A stretch of DNA of 64,000 bases from Marsupella aquatica. Lineage: Eukaryota; Plantae; Marchantiophyta. Each line of letters starts with the position of its first letter. The stretch's first letter is position 1. The position numbers were made by a program, and so were the translations under genes. Positions 13,489 to 30,300 of the stretch are shown piece after piece. The stretch spans positions 16,658,170-16,722,169 of the forward strand of contig OZ316895.1 of assembly GCA_973895155.1 (NCBI GenBank), given 5' to 3'. The notes under the pieces were generated by a model. The model was not told the origin of the DNA, did not search any database, and saw only the letters and a list, made by a program, of their open reading frames with translations.

Positions 13489-16379
13489 CACACAAGATTT
13501 CCACCAAATGGATCTAGTACTCGCTCCGAAAGTCTTCGAAATGAAAGACTGGAAACACTCGCATCCGCATCTCATCACGTCAATTTTGCGGAAATCCATT
13601 CAATCCGAGGAGGAAAGCCGAACGCCTGTGCATGAAATGATCACAATTGCTTTCATTTGTGTCAAAATCCAACCAAAGCACGTACTGTACATGAATGGAT
13701 TCCGTTTCAATCAGTCAATAGCCAGCCCAGACCCACTAAGTCCTTACTAGTTTAATTAGACCGGAGACTATTCCATCTCTTTGACTGCATTTTGTACAGC
13801 AATTGGGATGGACTTGGCTTGGCCTAACCTGGATGCAGAGTCACCCACCAGAATAATGTTCCAAAGAGATAGCTCCCTTTCATTTTCTTGGCACGGGGTA
13901 ATAGAGCAGCTGCAGGAGGTAGGCAGGTAGGAAGATGCAAACTCACGGGATAGTCTTGAGGGAAGGAGGTTCCTTCCCAACCAAGCGCATGTTCATCCCA
14001 ATGTATTCCTGCAACGTGAATCTATTGATTCGGATTTGTATGTGTTCCCTACCGCAGCCAGAGCTTCATACATGACTAAGTTTGTCAAGTTTTTCAGATC
14101 GGAGTTACGCTGCATTAGTCACTACACGAGATAGTGAAGTTCGGAGCTTAGAAAGATAGTCACCATATGGGAATTTGTCACCTATGGTAGCCCGAGTTTC
14201 GTACATGATTAAATCTGTCATGCTTTTCAGATCTAGCTTCCATTGAATTAGTCACTACGTGCCATGTGTATCCTGAAGAGCAGTCAAACAAGAGGACTGC
14301 ACTCTCGACTGTGTCATTACATCTGGTCCTCATAGAACTATGCAGTTGTCACCATAAGCTTTCGGATTTTTCTCTTCTTGTTTCTTGCTTGCCAGAAGAC
14401 TGTCCTTAGGTTCGGGATAGCAAATGAGACGACGACTACAAAATTGTCGCAGATCTCACATCTATGTATGGTCGCTGTATTTTCTTTTGCCTTTCTTTTT
14501 GCCTTTCTTTTGCCTTGAGGATCCATTCACAAAGACATAATACAACTGGTGACCCAAATGGCAACAGGGGGGGTGGGGTGGTAAAAGTGCCTAAGAGGGC
14601 CTGCACTAGGATAGATGTCAAGCTTTCCGAAAGAAAAACAGCCAAACAAGTTATTTAACTACTGCAGCACGAGAAGCACAATCCATCAGACTGGCCAGGG
14701 GCACAGGAACCTGTTGGGTCCATCCAATGGGTTCTAAGCAGCGGATGTCCTATGAAAGAAGGAAGAGGTGAGATGCAACAGCAGTGGGGATGTTACTACC
14801 ATGCAAACAAATTGTTTTGCTGTTCCCAGGAGAACTTTTCCTCTCAGTACCCTACTTTTAACTCGTATCATGAAAAAAACCCTGAATATGTAGCAAACTG
14901 AGGGCTCAATTAAACTCATGGCATCATATTATAAATTGAGGGTTTTCATGCCTGAATCCCCTCCTTAGGCAGACCTGATGGCAGTTAAAGTTGAGATCCA
15001 AGGGCCCTTGAGGTTTGGATGTGTGAAACTTTGGTTCGGAGTTGTGAAATCTGAAGAAAACAAACTGACTTCATGGCACTAAAGCCTGCCCCCATGACAG
15101 GTAGCAGTAGCGTTTAGGGAGAAGTGAGGGTGGCGAAAGAAAGGGCCGTCTATATGCAAGGCAGCCCTTAGTCCATGGCTAGCCAAAACTTGGTTTCAGT
15201 TAACATCTTAAATTTTGTGTCATTTTCTCATAAAACCCAATTTGGGGGACTCCTCTTATGGCTACCATAGCTGATCCACTGGCCATATGGAGTCCTAGAA
15301 ATACAAAATTCAGCCAAAATCAAAACTCATTAAAAATCACAATGGTGACTTGCTAGCTAGCAAAGATGCCAGTTGCTCACATCCTAGAAACCCTCCACCA
15401 GTGCAGAGCCAATTTTTTAAGGCTAGTTTTGGGTCAATAGATATACTTGCCTTCTTGTTTGCTCACATCTTAAAAACCCTCCACCAGTGGAGAGCCAATT
15501 TTGTAAGTCTACTTTTGGTACTTAAGGTTTCTTTAAATGGCGGGCTGACAACGCCATTTTCTCAATGAACCTCCCTACTTCGTGGAGGGTGGGAATGCTC
15601 TAAGAGAAACCCCTTCGGAGGCCAGCATAGTCTACTATATTTGAAGATTACAGCCCCCCCAAAATGCACAATGTATAGTAGGCACAATCTTGTTTTCCAT
15701 TGGTGCTGAAAGCAAAAGCTAAGAGTTGCAAATGTTCTCACTTTGAATAAAAATATTGACATGGATGACAAGTGAGGCATGACATTGATCTGTTAAAATT
15801 ATTTTAAATTAGTGGGACCCCCTCCTCCCGTCTCCCTTTAGCATTTATTAAATTCAATAAAAGAGGCAGGTCCCTGGAAATATCTCAAGCTGTATTCTCG
15901 GTTGTATTCAAGTTGTGTCCCCTGTTGCATGAGTCTTGCATGACCACCTATGATCATGTGAAGAGAGCATGCGAGATCATGGAACAACCTGGACGATGAA
16001 GCCCATTTGGATGAGCTCACTGAACAACCTCAAAGATGAAGCCATTTGGATCTCAATACTAGCTAGTGCTCAACATGCTTCTCCCTAATTCTCAATTACT
16101 TCCACTTTCATTATCATTGAAGCTAATTGCTTGGATCAACTTCAATCTTGGATTTTCCATATTGAGATCTCAAGCTCGTCTCCAAATGACAGTCTAACTA
16201 TGAAGTCAGCTCAAGCATTCCACTATGGTGTCATTGCTAGTTTCTTTGTCTTTATTCCTTTCAACATTTTATAGTACTTTACTCAGAAGTCAAAGTCTAG
16301 ATGGCCCTAAACCCATTTCCAACTCCTCCCTTGTCTATGGATGAATTATTGGGTGTGCTTAGAATCCTTAGAAACATTT

Positions 16380-16770
16380 TGGAAAGAGCTTACCAATGAG
16401 CCCAACATTGTCAAATATCATGAGGTATCAAAGAAAAGACAAATTTGAGAATTTAGGTGCACTTCCTTGACAGTCTAGCTATGGCACTAACAAAAAATAA
16501 TATCAAATTGGGAACCTTGCAATGAAAGATTTTGCGCTTAGAATTATTAGAATTGTTTTGAAAACATATTTCCAATGAGCCTAACATTGTCAGATTTTGT
16601 CAAGTATTGAAGAGCTTACAAATTGCTGAATTGTTTTAAACTTTCTTAAATATCTAGCTATGTCATTAGCAAAAAATGATTTCCAATTTCTAGCTCCCTC
16701 ATCTCTTGACAAAACCTTTCATGCTTTTTGAAAGAGCTTTACAATGAGTCTAACATTGACATTTTTTGTG
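16380..16770 (+). repeat. Three degenerate ~180-bp tandem units, probably transposon subterminal repeats
   Basis: The motif caatgagYcYaacattg with similar flanks (gaaagagctt..., ...tctagctatg) recurs near 16390, 16570 and 16740. Confidence 0.55.
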
Positions 16771-17311
16771 GGGTTTTTTTTTGGGGAGGGGGGGGGGGGG
16801 AAGGGGGGAAGCGACAAAGCACAAAATCAACCAGCGGGGGAAGAAAAAGACAAGCCTGAGAGGCCAGAGCACATGCCAACAACCCCGGGGGCAAGGTCAC
16901 CAAAACTCCGCAACAAAGGCAATACAGCAAATGGCCCCCCATGCACAAACTAAATGACCTTGGTCAGTGAGTGAACTGAGATCAACCAGCTGATCACAGA
17001 AATGAAGTGAATCCAGTAACTAATCCTATTAATAAGAGTAGTGTGCTGTCCCTCCAGATCTGGGGGTATCTAGTATAAGTAGTCCTAGAATGCCAAAAAT
17101 TGTGAAGATTGTCAAAAGGACCATGCTCCTCCAAACTAAACTTGTGGTCTAGTACTGTAGTTTGTTTTGCTGCCTGCCATCAGGCTCACACTCAGGCATC
17201 TCAAGACTAGAACCGTATCTGTAAGTCTCATAACAGGTAAGAAAATGCTGACAAATTCTAGGACTGGACTTATTCTAGGACTGGACAAATTCTAGGTGGA
17301 TTATGTGGTGT

Positions 17312-17534
17312 AGGGTATAAATTGCATACACATGGTATGTATACTTGAATATGGCTTAACGCGGGAGTGCCACAGGTGCGAATGAAGGTTGACATATGTA
17401 GGAGGAGGCTAGGGACAGGGTTGCAGGGTATAAATTGCATACACATGGTATGTATAGTTGAATGTGGCTTAACGCGGGAGTGCCACAGGTGGGAATGAAG
17501 GTTGACATATGTAGGAGGAGGCTAGGGACAGGGT
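17312..17534 (+). repeat. Direct tandem duplication, period 113 bp
   Basis: agggtataaattgcatacacatgg...ggctagggacagggt starts at 17312 and again at 17425, with few substitutions. Confidence 0.9.
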
Positions 17535-19187
17535 ATGTGGGCGTCTTGGGGACTGCTGATTGAGGAGTTCCACAGAGTACGTTTGTCAGATGCATCAGAC
17601 GTAGGGACTAGGGGAGGCCGAGGGGCAGGTGGCAGGTAGCAGGTTTCCACTGGGGGTTGCCTGGGGCGGGTATGGGAGGCGAGGATGTAACTAGGGGCCT
17701 GCAGGGAGGCATACGGGTCGCATGTACGAGGGCAGTCCCCACCCCAGCAGCAAAACCCAGCAAGGAATGGCCCGTGGTTGCTTTTTGAAAGACCTCCGAA
17801 ACTTTGACTTTAACTGCTGGGATAGCCATAGCCTTTGAACTTGTTAGTCTAGTCTGACTTGATTGATACGAGCAGTTTAGCCTTTTGTAATGAATGCTTT
17901 TTGGGTCAGGCCTCGTACTACCTTTCTGAGCCGGGCTTTTAGGATGTGAGGCTCACCCGTCTGTTTTTTTTTCCTTTGTATATTATGGAGAATTTTCACC
18001 CATAACCCCTTGGTGGAGGCCCGTAATAACAACCTAGCCAATTTAGAGTTCTCCCTAAATGTCCCACCAGGAGGTGAGTCCTCAGCTAAATTACCAAATA
18101 TAGGGTTGAGATAGGTTCTCTGCCTTGTGAAATACTCCACATGAAATAGATGATGACAGTCCTTTCTGTCCTCCTAAAGTAGGTTAAGTCACCATGAGTT
18201 AACACTCATGGGCTGAGCCTCATGGGATTATTGAACAATGGAGGGCTCACCTTCATCTCAATTGCAGAGTATATTTCTTGGATCACACCATCCCCATCAG
18301 AGCCTTTACATGTTGAAGTTATCTTGTTGTGGTACCTCCCTTTTCTGGCTCAAAGAGGTTACTGGTCTTCCACCTCATCCATCTTTTTTACAGAAAACTC
18401 TATTATGTCCCCAAGATTATGAAAATTTCCAGTAAACCACTTTGTGAATTAAGCTTTACCCATTCCCTCTTGGGGGCTCTGCCTTGTAACCCCCGAGGGC
18501 AATTAGCCTCATCCGACAACGTATGACTGTGGGGACGAGTTACCCTACTCAACCTTGAGTGCCCCTAGTGAATGCCGAACGATACACCGCGTCGGCACTG
18601 TGTTGCCGCTGGGCAGAAACCTATCATCAAAGTTGGTGACTCGGTGAGACCCACACTTGCAGACAGGTGTTTTGCCGGGACGAAGTATACCCTGGCCCTT
18701 CGATACAGAGAATGGTACAATTGGGAACTGGTACCCCAAATTTCTACACACTGGCGTTAATGCGACCTTTTCCATGAAACCGCTGCAGATCACGGATCTT
18801 TGTGGGTTTGTGGGGTTGTCCTGCCCGCGGTCGTAACCTTTTTCTGTGTGTCTGCCGAGGAATGTCACTCCATACCCTCTGGGGATGTTTTGGGAATGGC
18901 GGAGTTCTGAGTGGTGACCGGTGAGATCGATCGATCACCCATCAGTTGGTGTTCAGACATTCTGACAGCACGATTTGGTGTCATTCATCTGCATGTGCTT
19001 TACAGGCTCCTTTCGTCAGTAAGTTTGTAACTGCTTAGTAGACTAGTAACCCCCCCGTAACAAGTGAATCAGCCAGAGACGAGGCTCTGCTCTCGGCCAA
19101 GAAAAGCAGAGCTGAGCTGAGCTGGGCAAAGGTTCCGACTCTGTTATCATTTCGTTGCAGCTGGTGCTGGTGCTGTTGTTGCTGGAG

Positions 19188-23060
<3,873 letters not shown>

Positions 23061-23865
23061 GAAATACAACTCCTATCTCATCTTGCAATAGGATTTGTTC
23101 TCTCTTTCAACGATTGGTTCTTTACTCAACATTCTTTGAAGACTCAGTCTTTGTAGTTAGTCATTAGAATAGAATACTGTAAGATCTGTCTGTACTCCAA
23201 ATCTGAAGATCATGACGAACATGACGAACATGACGCACATGACGAACATTCTTCTTAGGGATTGATTCTGTTAGATCTTGGTATCATCAGTTCTTGGATC
23301 TTTCATACTGCATACACTCTTTTCCCAGTCCACTATGAAGTTCACAATGAACACTTTTCTTCTGACCTGCTCAACGAGTTAGCAATGTATGATGCACTGT
23401 ACAGTTTGCATTCAGTGTGTCGAGGAATTTCATGTCAAGTCCTCGAACTAATTATAGCTCACAATGTACACGGAATGGAAGGTGAGTTTCCACCATGATT
23501 GGAGAGGTGGAAATGGACCCTTGCCACAGGATGACACGCAAGTGACCTTCGACTCTTGGCCAAGGAGGTGATAAGAAGGTCCTGTGATCTGTGCAGTACA
23601 CACAGGTGAACAAAATAAAATTCTGAACAGTGGGTAACATTTCGTAGGCTTTGGCGAAGCATGGTGCGTGCTCTCGAATGGTGATGTGTGATTGCAGGAT
23701 GCCTATTATCCCTGTCAACCATCGTGCATCTCTCTGCACCCTAAGTACCTCCGAGAAGGGTTTTCTGTCCCAACAAATTCTTAAATTCTTCAATCTTTTA
23801 TAGAGGAGTAGCCCAAATTTTCCTCTCGATATGAAGCGGTCGTGTCCTCTTGGAAACGCAAGATC

Positions 23866-24172
23866 TAATGGAGGCTGTAGACATCTAGAGGTTGAACTCA
23901 TGGGTCATGTTCACTGTAGTTCGGCTTGAGTGGTGTGATTTGTGTGCTCCTCTCTTGTAATGGAGGCTGTAGACATCTAGTGGTTGAAGTCATGGGTCAT
24001 GTTCACTGTAGTTCGGCTTGAGTAGTGTGGTTTGTGTGCTCCTCTCTTGTCACTTTTTGAACTTGCAATTAAGTGTAATGAGGAGTGTTTGTGTGTGAGT
24101 AGTGTGGTTTGTGTGCTCCTCTCTTGTCACTTTTTGAACTTGCAATTAAGTGTAATGAGGAGTGTTTGTGTG
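23866..24172 (+). repeat. Two overlapping tandem duplications (~92-bp and ~77-bp units)
   Basis: taatggaggctgtagacatctag...ctcctctcttg x2, then gagtagtgtggtttgtgtgctcc...gagtgtttgtgtg x2. Confidence 0.85.
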
Positions 24173-24192
24173 CTCTTCTGGTGGGAAACAAT

Positions 24193-26019
24193 AGGGCATC
24201 TCAAAGCCCGGCCATTAGAGAAAATTACGGATTTGTGATATATCCCTTTGTGGTATATCCCATAACTCAAGTTAGGGGACCTAGTTATAGAATTTAAAAA
24301 GTGGGGGGAGGTAACATTGACTTGCCCCATAAGGCAGGAGTTACGGCCTCACCTGTCTCATAGCATATATCATTTTTTCCTCAATTCTTGATCAGTCGCT
24401 GCCTCAAATGCAGCAGCGAACATCACGTCAGGAGCAAATCCCATGAGCCTTCAGTCGCGGCTTTCCAGAATTCCGGAGTCCTAAATTTTCAGATTTCCTT
24501 CTAAAGTTGCAGGAAAGTTACAGGTTAAATGTTGAGTCACGGGCTTTCCTTACAGTAGTCAAAGATTGACTCCCACAACTTTTACGAGAGTTCCCATAAT
24601 ACTTGAGTTATGGGAGGGCCTTATCTTGTTAAGGCCAAACTTTGAGACCCTAATGAATTAGGCAAGGAGAAAACACTACTAAAAGGTGTCAAATGAAACA
24701 CAAGTTTAAAAAAGGGTGAGTGTCTTGGGTTAGGCGCTTCTGTGTCATATTTGAACTTGCAAATAAATGAAATGAAGGGGTCTGTGTGCTCTTCTGTTTT
24801 GCCTTGAAAACCGAAAGTAGGCCCGTCCAACAGGCATCCTCTGGAGCATGCTATTTATTTAGGGTAACCACAAGGGGACAATACCCCGGGATCCAACAGG
24901 GACCCAGACCAGGAGGGAGAGAGGGCTGAACCAGGGCCCCAAGCGGACCAGCTAGGGGCTCAGGAGAATCCAGGACTCTCACCACTACACCCCACCTCAC
25001 ACACACACCCTCCACACCCCTTGCATGTGAGAGGGGATTGAAACTGGGACCTCTTGGTTCTAGGCTAATCCCCTGGCCCAACTGACCATAGCCAGGTGGT
25101 AGGCAATAAATGAGTAGGGGGAAGGAAAAGCACTACAAAAACAACTTAAAGGTGTAATATGAAACACAAGATATAGGATAAAATTTTAAATTACAAGGAG
25201 GTTTACTTCCAATTTCACATATATGAATTACAAGGGGAAATAACAATTGATTATTATAGATCAATAAATGAATGTTATACATGAACCTGGACCTTAATAA
25301 TGTTCTCCTATGAAGTGCTTTCTGGTGAATTGCTTTTAGTTTGCAGGTGTGGGGGGTCTCTTGGTGAGACTTGCAGGCTTTTTGGCGCTTTGGTCCTTGG
25401 TTATTTGTGCAGTTTTCTCCCTTTATTGGGTCTATTGCCTTAGTTTGGGGATCTTGTCCCTGGGTGTGGGGCTTGGGCAATGTGTTATATACTATGATAA
25501 GGTAATGGTAACTTTGTCAAAATCCCATCCCAATGATAGGGGAACGGTAGCTTTGTCAAGATCCAATTCCATTATATCTTTGGAGCTTTGGCAGTGTGTT
25601 ATATATACCTTGAGCCTGAATGCTCATTCTTTGAATAAGTGGGACCCCCTAATAGGGCATGTTACAACACTGCCATAAACTAGGTCTTACGGCTGAATTT
25701 TATTGGACGTACCATACATACGAGGCACACATTTAGGTTGCCTGTAACAGTTTTCTCCCGGCCATAAAAGTTATGGTTTTAACTCAGTTTTCTCCTGGCA
25801 ATAAAAGTCTGTTATGTCCTTTGGCTTTAACTCAATGACCGTCATGTTTTGACTTGCCTAATAGGTGTGTCAAAGCACAGCTATAACAGGACATACAATA
25901 TTGTTATGGTCAGGATAAAATCACTATGAGCTACCAAAATATGTACCCCATAAAAATCATACATACAAAACAATAAAACTGTGAAACACTCTGGTAAGGG
26001 GAGAACTTTGACACGCCCT
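24193..26019. mobile_element. Non-autonomous Pangu/PHIS-like element(s) with AAT target duplication
   Basis: AAT|AGGGCATCTCAAAG at 24193 and CTTTGACACGCCCT|AAT ending 26019 form a 12/14 inverted match similar to the TIRs at 43130/48795. An internal junction TTTGACTTGCCT-AAT-AGGTGTGTCAAAG lies at about 25848-25875. Confidence 0.65.
24853..25098 (-). mobile_element. tRNA-derived SINE-like repeat (copy 1)
   Basis: The minus strand begins with a tRNA-like head (tggtcagttgg...cctagaaccaagaggtcccagtttcaatcccc, box A/B-like), then a GT-rich body and an A-rich end. It is homologous to 49376-49611. Confidence 0.65.
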
Positions 26020-27305
26020 AATGGTTCCATACACATCTCAGGTCCCATCCTCAGACTATCCTCCCACACTGCAAAATACCGTGGGCTCTGGGGCGTGGGC
26101 CACCGTACACTGCAAAATTACCGTGGACACTTGGCCTCACAAAACCGAACTCCGCCGCTTATCAGTGTTTGACAAAATTCAAAAGTTCGCAGACTGCTCA
26201 ACGGCTCTCTCCCCCCTCTCTCTCTGTCTCTCTCTCGTCCCGCTCTTCCCCACTTCGTCACGAAGTTACTCCCTAGGACCAGAGGCGCTCGATGCGATTG
26301 CCCCTTGACGATGATTGTTGCTTCATGCTGCGTTTCTCCGTCGGCAGAATGATGATGATGATGCTGTGCTTCTCCTTGGGCGGTGATTGATCCACTTTTC
26401 GCTTCTTATTCGGCCGTGATTGCTTCTTGCTGTGCTTCTCGTTCGGCAGCTTTCTCCTCTCCTCTCAGAGCTAAGCGCGGAGCTTTCGTTTGGAGGGGTT
26501 TCCACTGCCTCGGGGTGGCGCGGAGAGTGACAATGGAGAAGAACGGATCCAGGAGTTCGCCGTCTTCATCGACATCCGTCGGCTAGTCGGCTGGTTAAAG
26601 TACGAAATCTATCTTCGTCCTCGCTCGGGTGCATTCTACTTGGTAGACGACGTCCTGACCTGTTTTCGTGGTGGTTGTTGAGAGCATTAGATGGAAAGGA
26701 AGACAAACAGGGATCCGACGAGCATTAGGAGGTGCGTACTGCATGTGAAGTGCATGGTGGATCATATTAGTGGATGTAGGAGGGAGACAGGATGAGCTCC
26801 GAGGAAAGGGAGCTGGACAAACTGTCCGTACTGAGGAGAGATCATTATACTCGCGGTTTCCTTCTGCAGTGCTTTGTTGATGATCAGAGACGGCGATGAG
26901 GAGGATTTGGGTACGGAGAGGGTGGATCACTCACTTGCAGGGCTGAGAAGCTTGATGAGAGGCTCAAACTCTGTTGGAATTTGGCTTTACACGACAATAA
27001 CAAGCACATTCTGACTCTGAGTCGTTTCGCAGGTGATGGTCAAAACAGAGAGATATGAAATGTCCCAAAGTATACAGATCGCACCATTGGGTGGGCGGAT
27101 GAGCTGGGAAGGAATTGCCGTTGCACAGGTGCAGGAGAAATGAGAGTCCTGCAATGCTCATGATTTGCAGCCGGGACAAGATTCTCAGTCAGGTGTGGGA
27201 GGGCGTTGGAAAGGAGTCGAGGTTTCGGGGGTTCTGGTTTAGGCAATAACTCTGATTTGAACAGGCAGAGGAAGGGACGAGCTGACTGAAGCTGGAGTAG
27301 CCAAG

Positions 27306-30300
27306 ATGCCGAGACCAGGCAACCCTCCGGTTATTCGATGGAGGAAGGGGGAGATTATCGGTGCGGGAGCTTATGGTCGCGTTTATATGGGGATGAACGT
27401 TGATACAGGAGAACTACTGGCCATAAAACAGGTCCGTTCTTTATATGGTAAAACCGTACTCCGCGGGTTTCCCTATATTTGTGAAGTCTGTCGAACAGCC
27501 AACTGGGAAAGCAGGATCATGTTGCCGCACCCTGACGGTGTGGCCGTTTGTTTTAATCATTGAACCATATTATGTGAGTACCATTGCCCTAGTGAATTTG
27601 AGCTAAAGGTCTGATCTCTGGGTTTTGTCATACGCAGGTCCTTATTTCTGTCAACAATGTGACGAAGGAGAAGGCTCAAGTGAGTGGCCGTCATGGGACA
27701 ATTGCTTGCCTTCCTCCTCTACAGAAGCCGTGTTTATCGCTTGGGAATGAAATTTCGCTTTGCTTCAGTGCCTCTTCCACTTTTTACCCCCGCTTTTAAA
27801 AATTCATTTTGCTCGTCAAGTGAGCCACCAAGAGTTCTTACCCCGGTCGCGTGCAGGCTCACATAATGGAGTTGGAAGAGGAAGTGAGACTATTGCGCAA
27901 CCTATCCCATCCGAACATAGTCGTAAGTATATCCTCAAGCTTTGCTCGTTTGCATAGAAGAAAGCTGGAATTTTTGGCTTTAAGGCGGAAATTTGGAGGA
28001 AATATGGTTGCTGACCTGGAGTTCCGAATGCATGTATTCGCTGTTCAAGTTAGTCGTAATCAAAATATATTTTCCGGACGATCTTACAATACAATCTGGT
28101 CCGGCACAGCGCTATTTGGGGACCGCTCGAGAGGAAGAGGCCCTCAACATTCTTCTCGAATTTGTGCCTGGAGGATCAATTGCTTCACTTCTCGGGAAAT
28201 TCGGATCCTTCACTGAACCGGTATCAAACCATCATCAATCCGGGATCACTCCCAAAAAGCTTGCTCTGTAGCACTTCTCCGGTGCATCTCATATCTTGTG
28301 TTTTATGTATGGCCCAAGGTTGCTTGTGAAGTGGAGTCCCTGACATTACCATATCTCAAGCTGGAAAAATAATTTGCCTGAATGTCAGGTTTTCCTTTTG
28401 CTTCTGTGAAAGATTCTAGAGCTGCGCATGAAGTATAGATCCTTCGATCCTGAAGAAAGTACTTTCCGGTGTCCAATTTTCTAGAAAAGAAGAGAATGAG
28501 ACTTCGTACTAAGCCATTGTTAGAACAGGTCATACGTATGTACACGAAGCAGCTTCTACTGGGCTTGGAGTACCTGCATAGTAACAACATCTTGCACCGA
28601 GATATCAAGGTGAGATTCCAGCCTAAAGGTGGTGCAGCTTCTGTGCGGAGCCAACTCTACTGGCAGAGCTGTATATTCAATTGAAATTCTGTCATTTGTG
28701 TTGCCACTCTTCAATTCGGTACATTGCCTGTTTAGCGCTGGTACCCATTGCGCACCTTGCTTTGGACTCCTCTAAGGAGAAAATACAGCTGCACAAGCCT
28801 GTCGTTGCTTTTCTACAAATGAAACACTTAATCTCATTCAGTTCTTTCCGTCCCGCCAGGGTGCAAATATTCTTGTCGACAACAAAGGATGCATAAAACT
28901 TGCCGACTTTGGAGCATCAAAGAAAGTCGTTGAGCTGGTATGACTATTAAATATATCTTCGTAGAGGGAAATGTTTTCCAGGAGTGAGGTCCTAATATCA
29001 TGGAAACTAGCTATGGGGGTCATGGGAGGTCTATGGGAGGGAGAGAGTATGAGACATTTGTTGACAATGTTGAATCATGAACTTTAATGAACTTGCCTCC
29101 CAGCGTTTTTTAAAGAAACAACTAAGACTAAAAAATAACCATGTTATGTTATGAATGAAGTGCACCCAAAATATTGCATTTACATCTTTTCTACCGACTT
29201 CAGTGCTTTAGAGTTTGGAGTCGAGCTGGAAAACCCTTTGGAGCAATGATGTTGCTAATAACTTGTCTGTGCGATACAGGCAACGATATCTGAGGCTAAG
29301 TCAATGAAAGGGACTCCATATTGGATGGCCCCAGAAGTTATTCGACAAACGGGTCACAACTGGTAAGAATTTCTCGTGGTAGTTTCTCCGTCTTCAGCTT
29401 TCTATCGTCAGTTTGTCACGGCAGATGTTTAATTAATTCGCTCGTGGGTTACATCTTTGGGAATTTCCATTGCTTCTAATCTTTCGTGTGAGCGCCTACG
29501 GGATTTGATGAGAACATTTGATATCTTTGCCCGGTCAGGCAAGCAGACATTTGGAGCGTTGGGTGCACTGTTATTGAAATGGCGACAGGGAAACCACCAT
29601 GGAGTCAACAGTTCCAAGAGGTTGCTCCCATACCATACATAATCTCTTTGTCCACGTTGGCTCAGATTGAGCTGGGTGTTCACAGTGGGAGAATGTAGCC
29701 TCCTCCTGTGCAGTATTATTTGTCTAGCGCGAAGTAATGCAACCATGCACAGAAAAAGTGCTGTCTGTATTCGCTGCCGTGGAGTATATTTTTGTATGAA
29801 CTTCCGAGGCTCATTCTGCACTCTTTTAGCTCTAATGTGACGTCCCAGCCTCCCTTTTGTCGAGTTGTTTGTTTCACTGTGTTCGCACTGCCAAGTCTTC
29901 CGAAATTGGTCTGCAAGGGGAGTTCTCTTTTGGTAAAGATTGCTGACTTGAGCGCGGATTCAACAAGAATGCATGACCATACAAGGAAAGCGGGTTGCTT
30001 GCTTTTGCCTATAGTGAGGCGAAGATGCTATTCAATAAAGTGATGACTTCGTGTTTTACCTGATTTCGATGCGCTTGTCTCCTTAATATTGTATTTGTGT
30101 AGATTGCCTGGTGGACTGACTTCGGTTCTTGCCTGATCCCTTGTATTTATAGGTTGCAGCGTTATTCCATATAGGGACAACCAAATCTCACCCTCCAATT
30201 CCCGAGCATCTGTCACCGCAGGCCAAAGACTTCCTTTTGAAATGTCTGCAAAGGTGTGGCCATCATAGAGAGTTAACAGCGTCATCAGTTTACATGTTAT

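Noticed and set aside
12879-13599. Long antisense ORFs (195 and 212 aa) over the trihelix last exon
   Set aside because: Shadow frames of a GC-rich, repetitive coiled-coil exon.
26490-26681. IQEFAVFIDIRRLVGWLK as the NPK1 N-terminal exon
   Set aside because: Only a loose resemblance, and no in-frame ATG or splice path to the kinase exon could be established.
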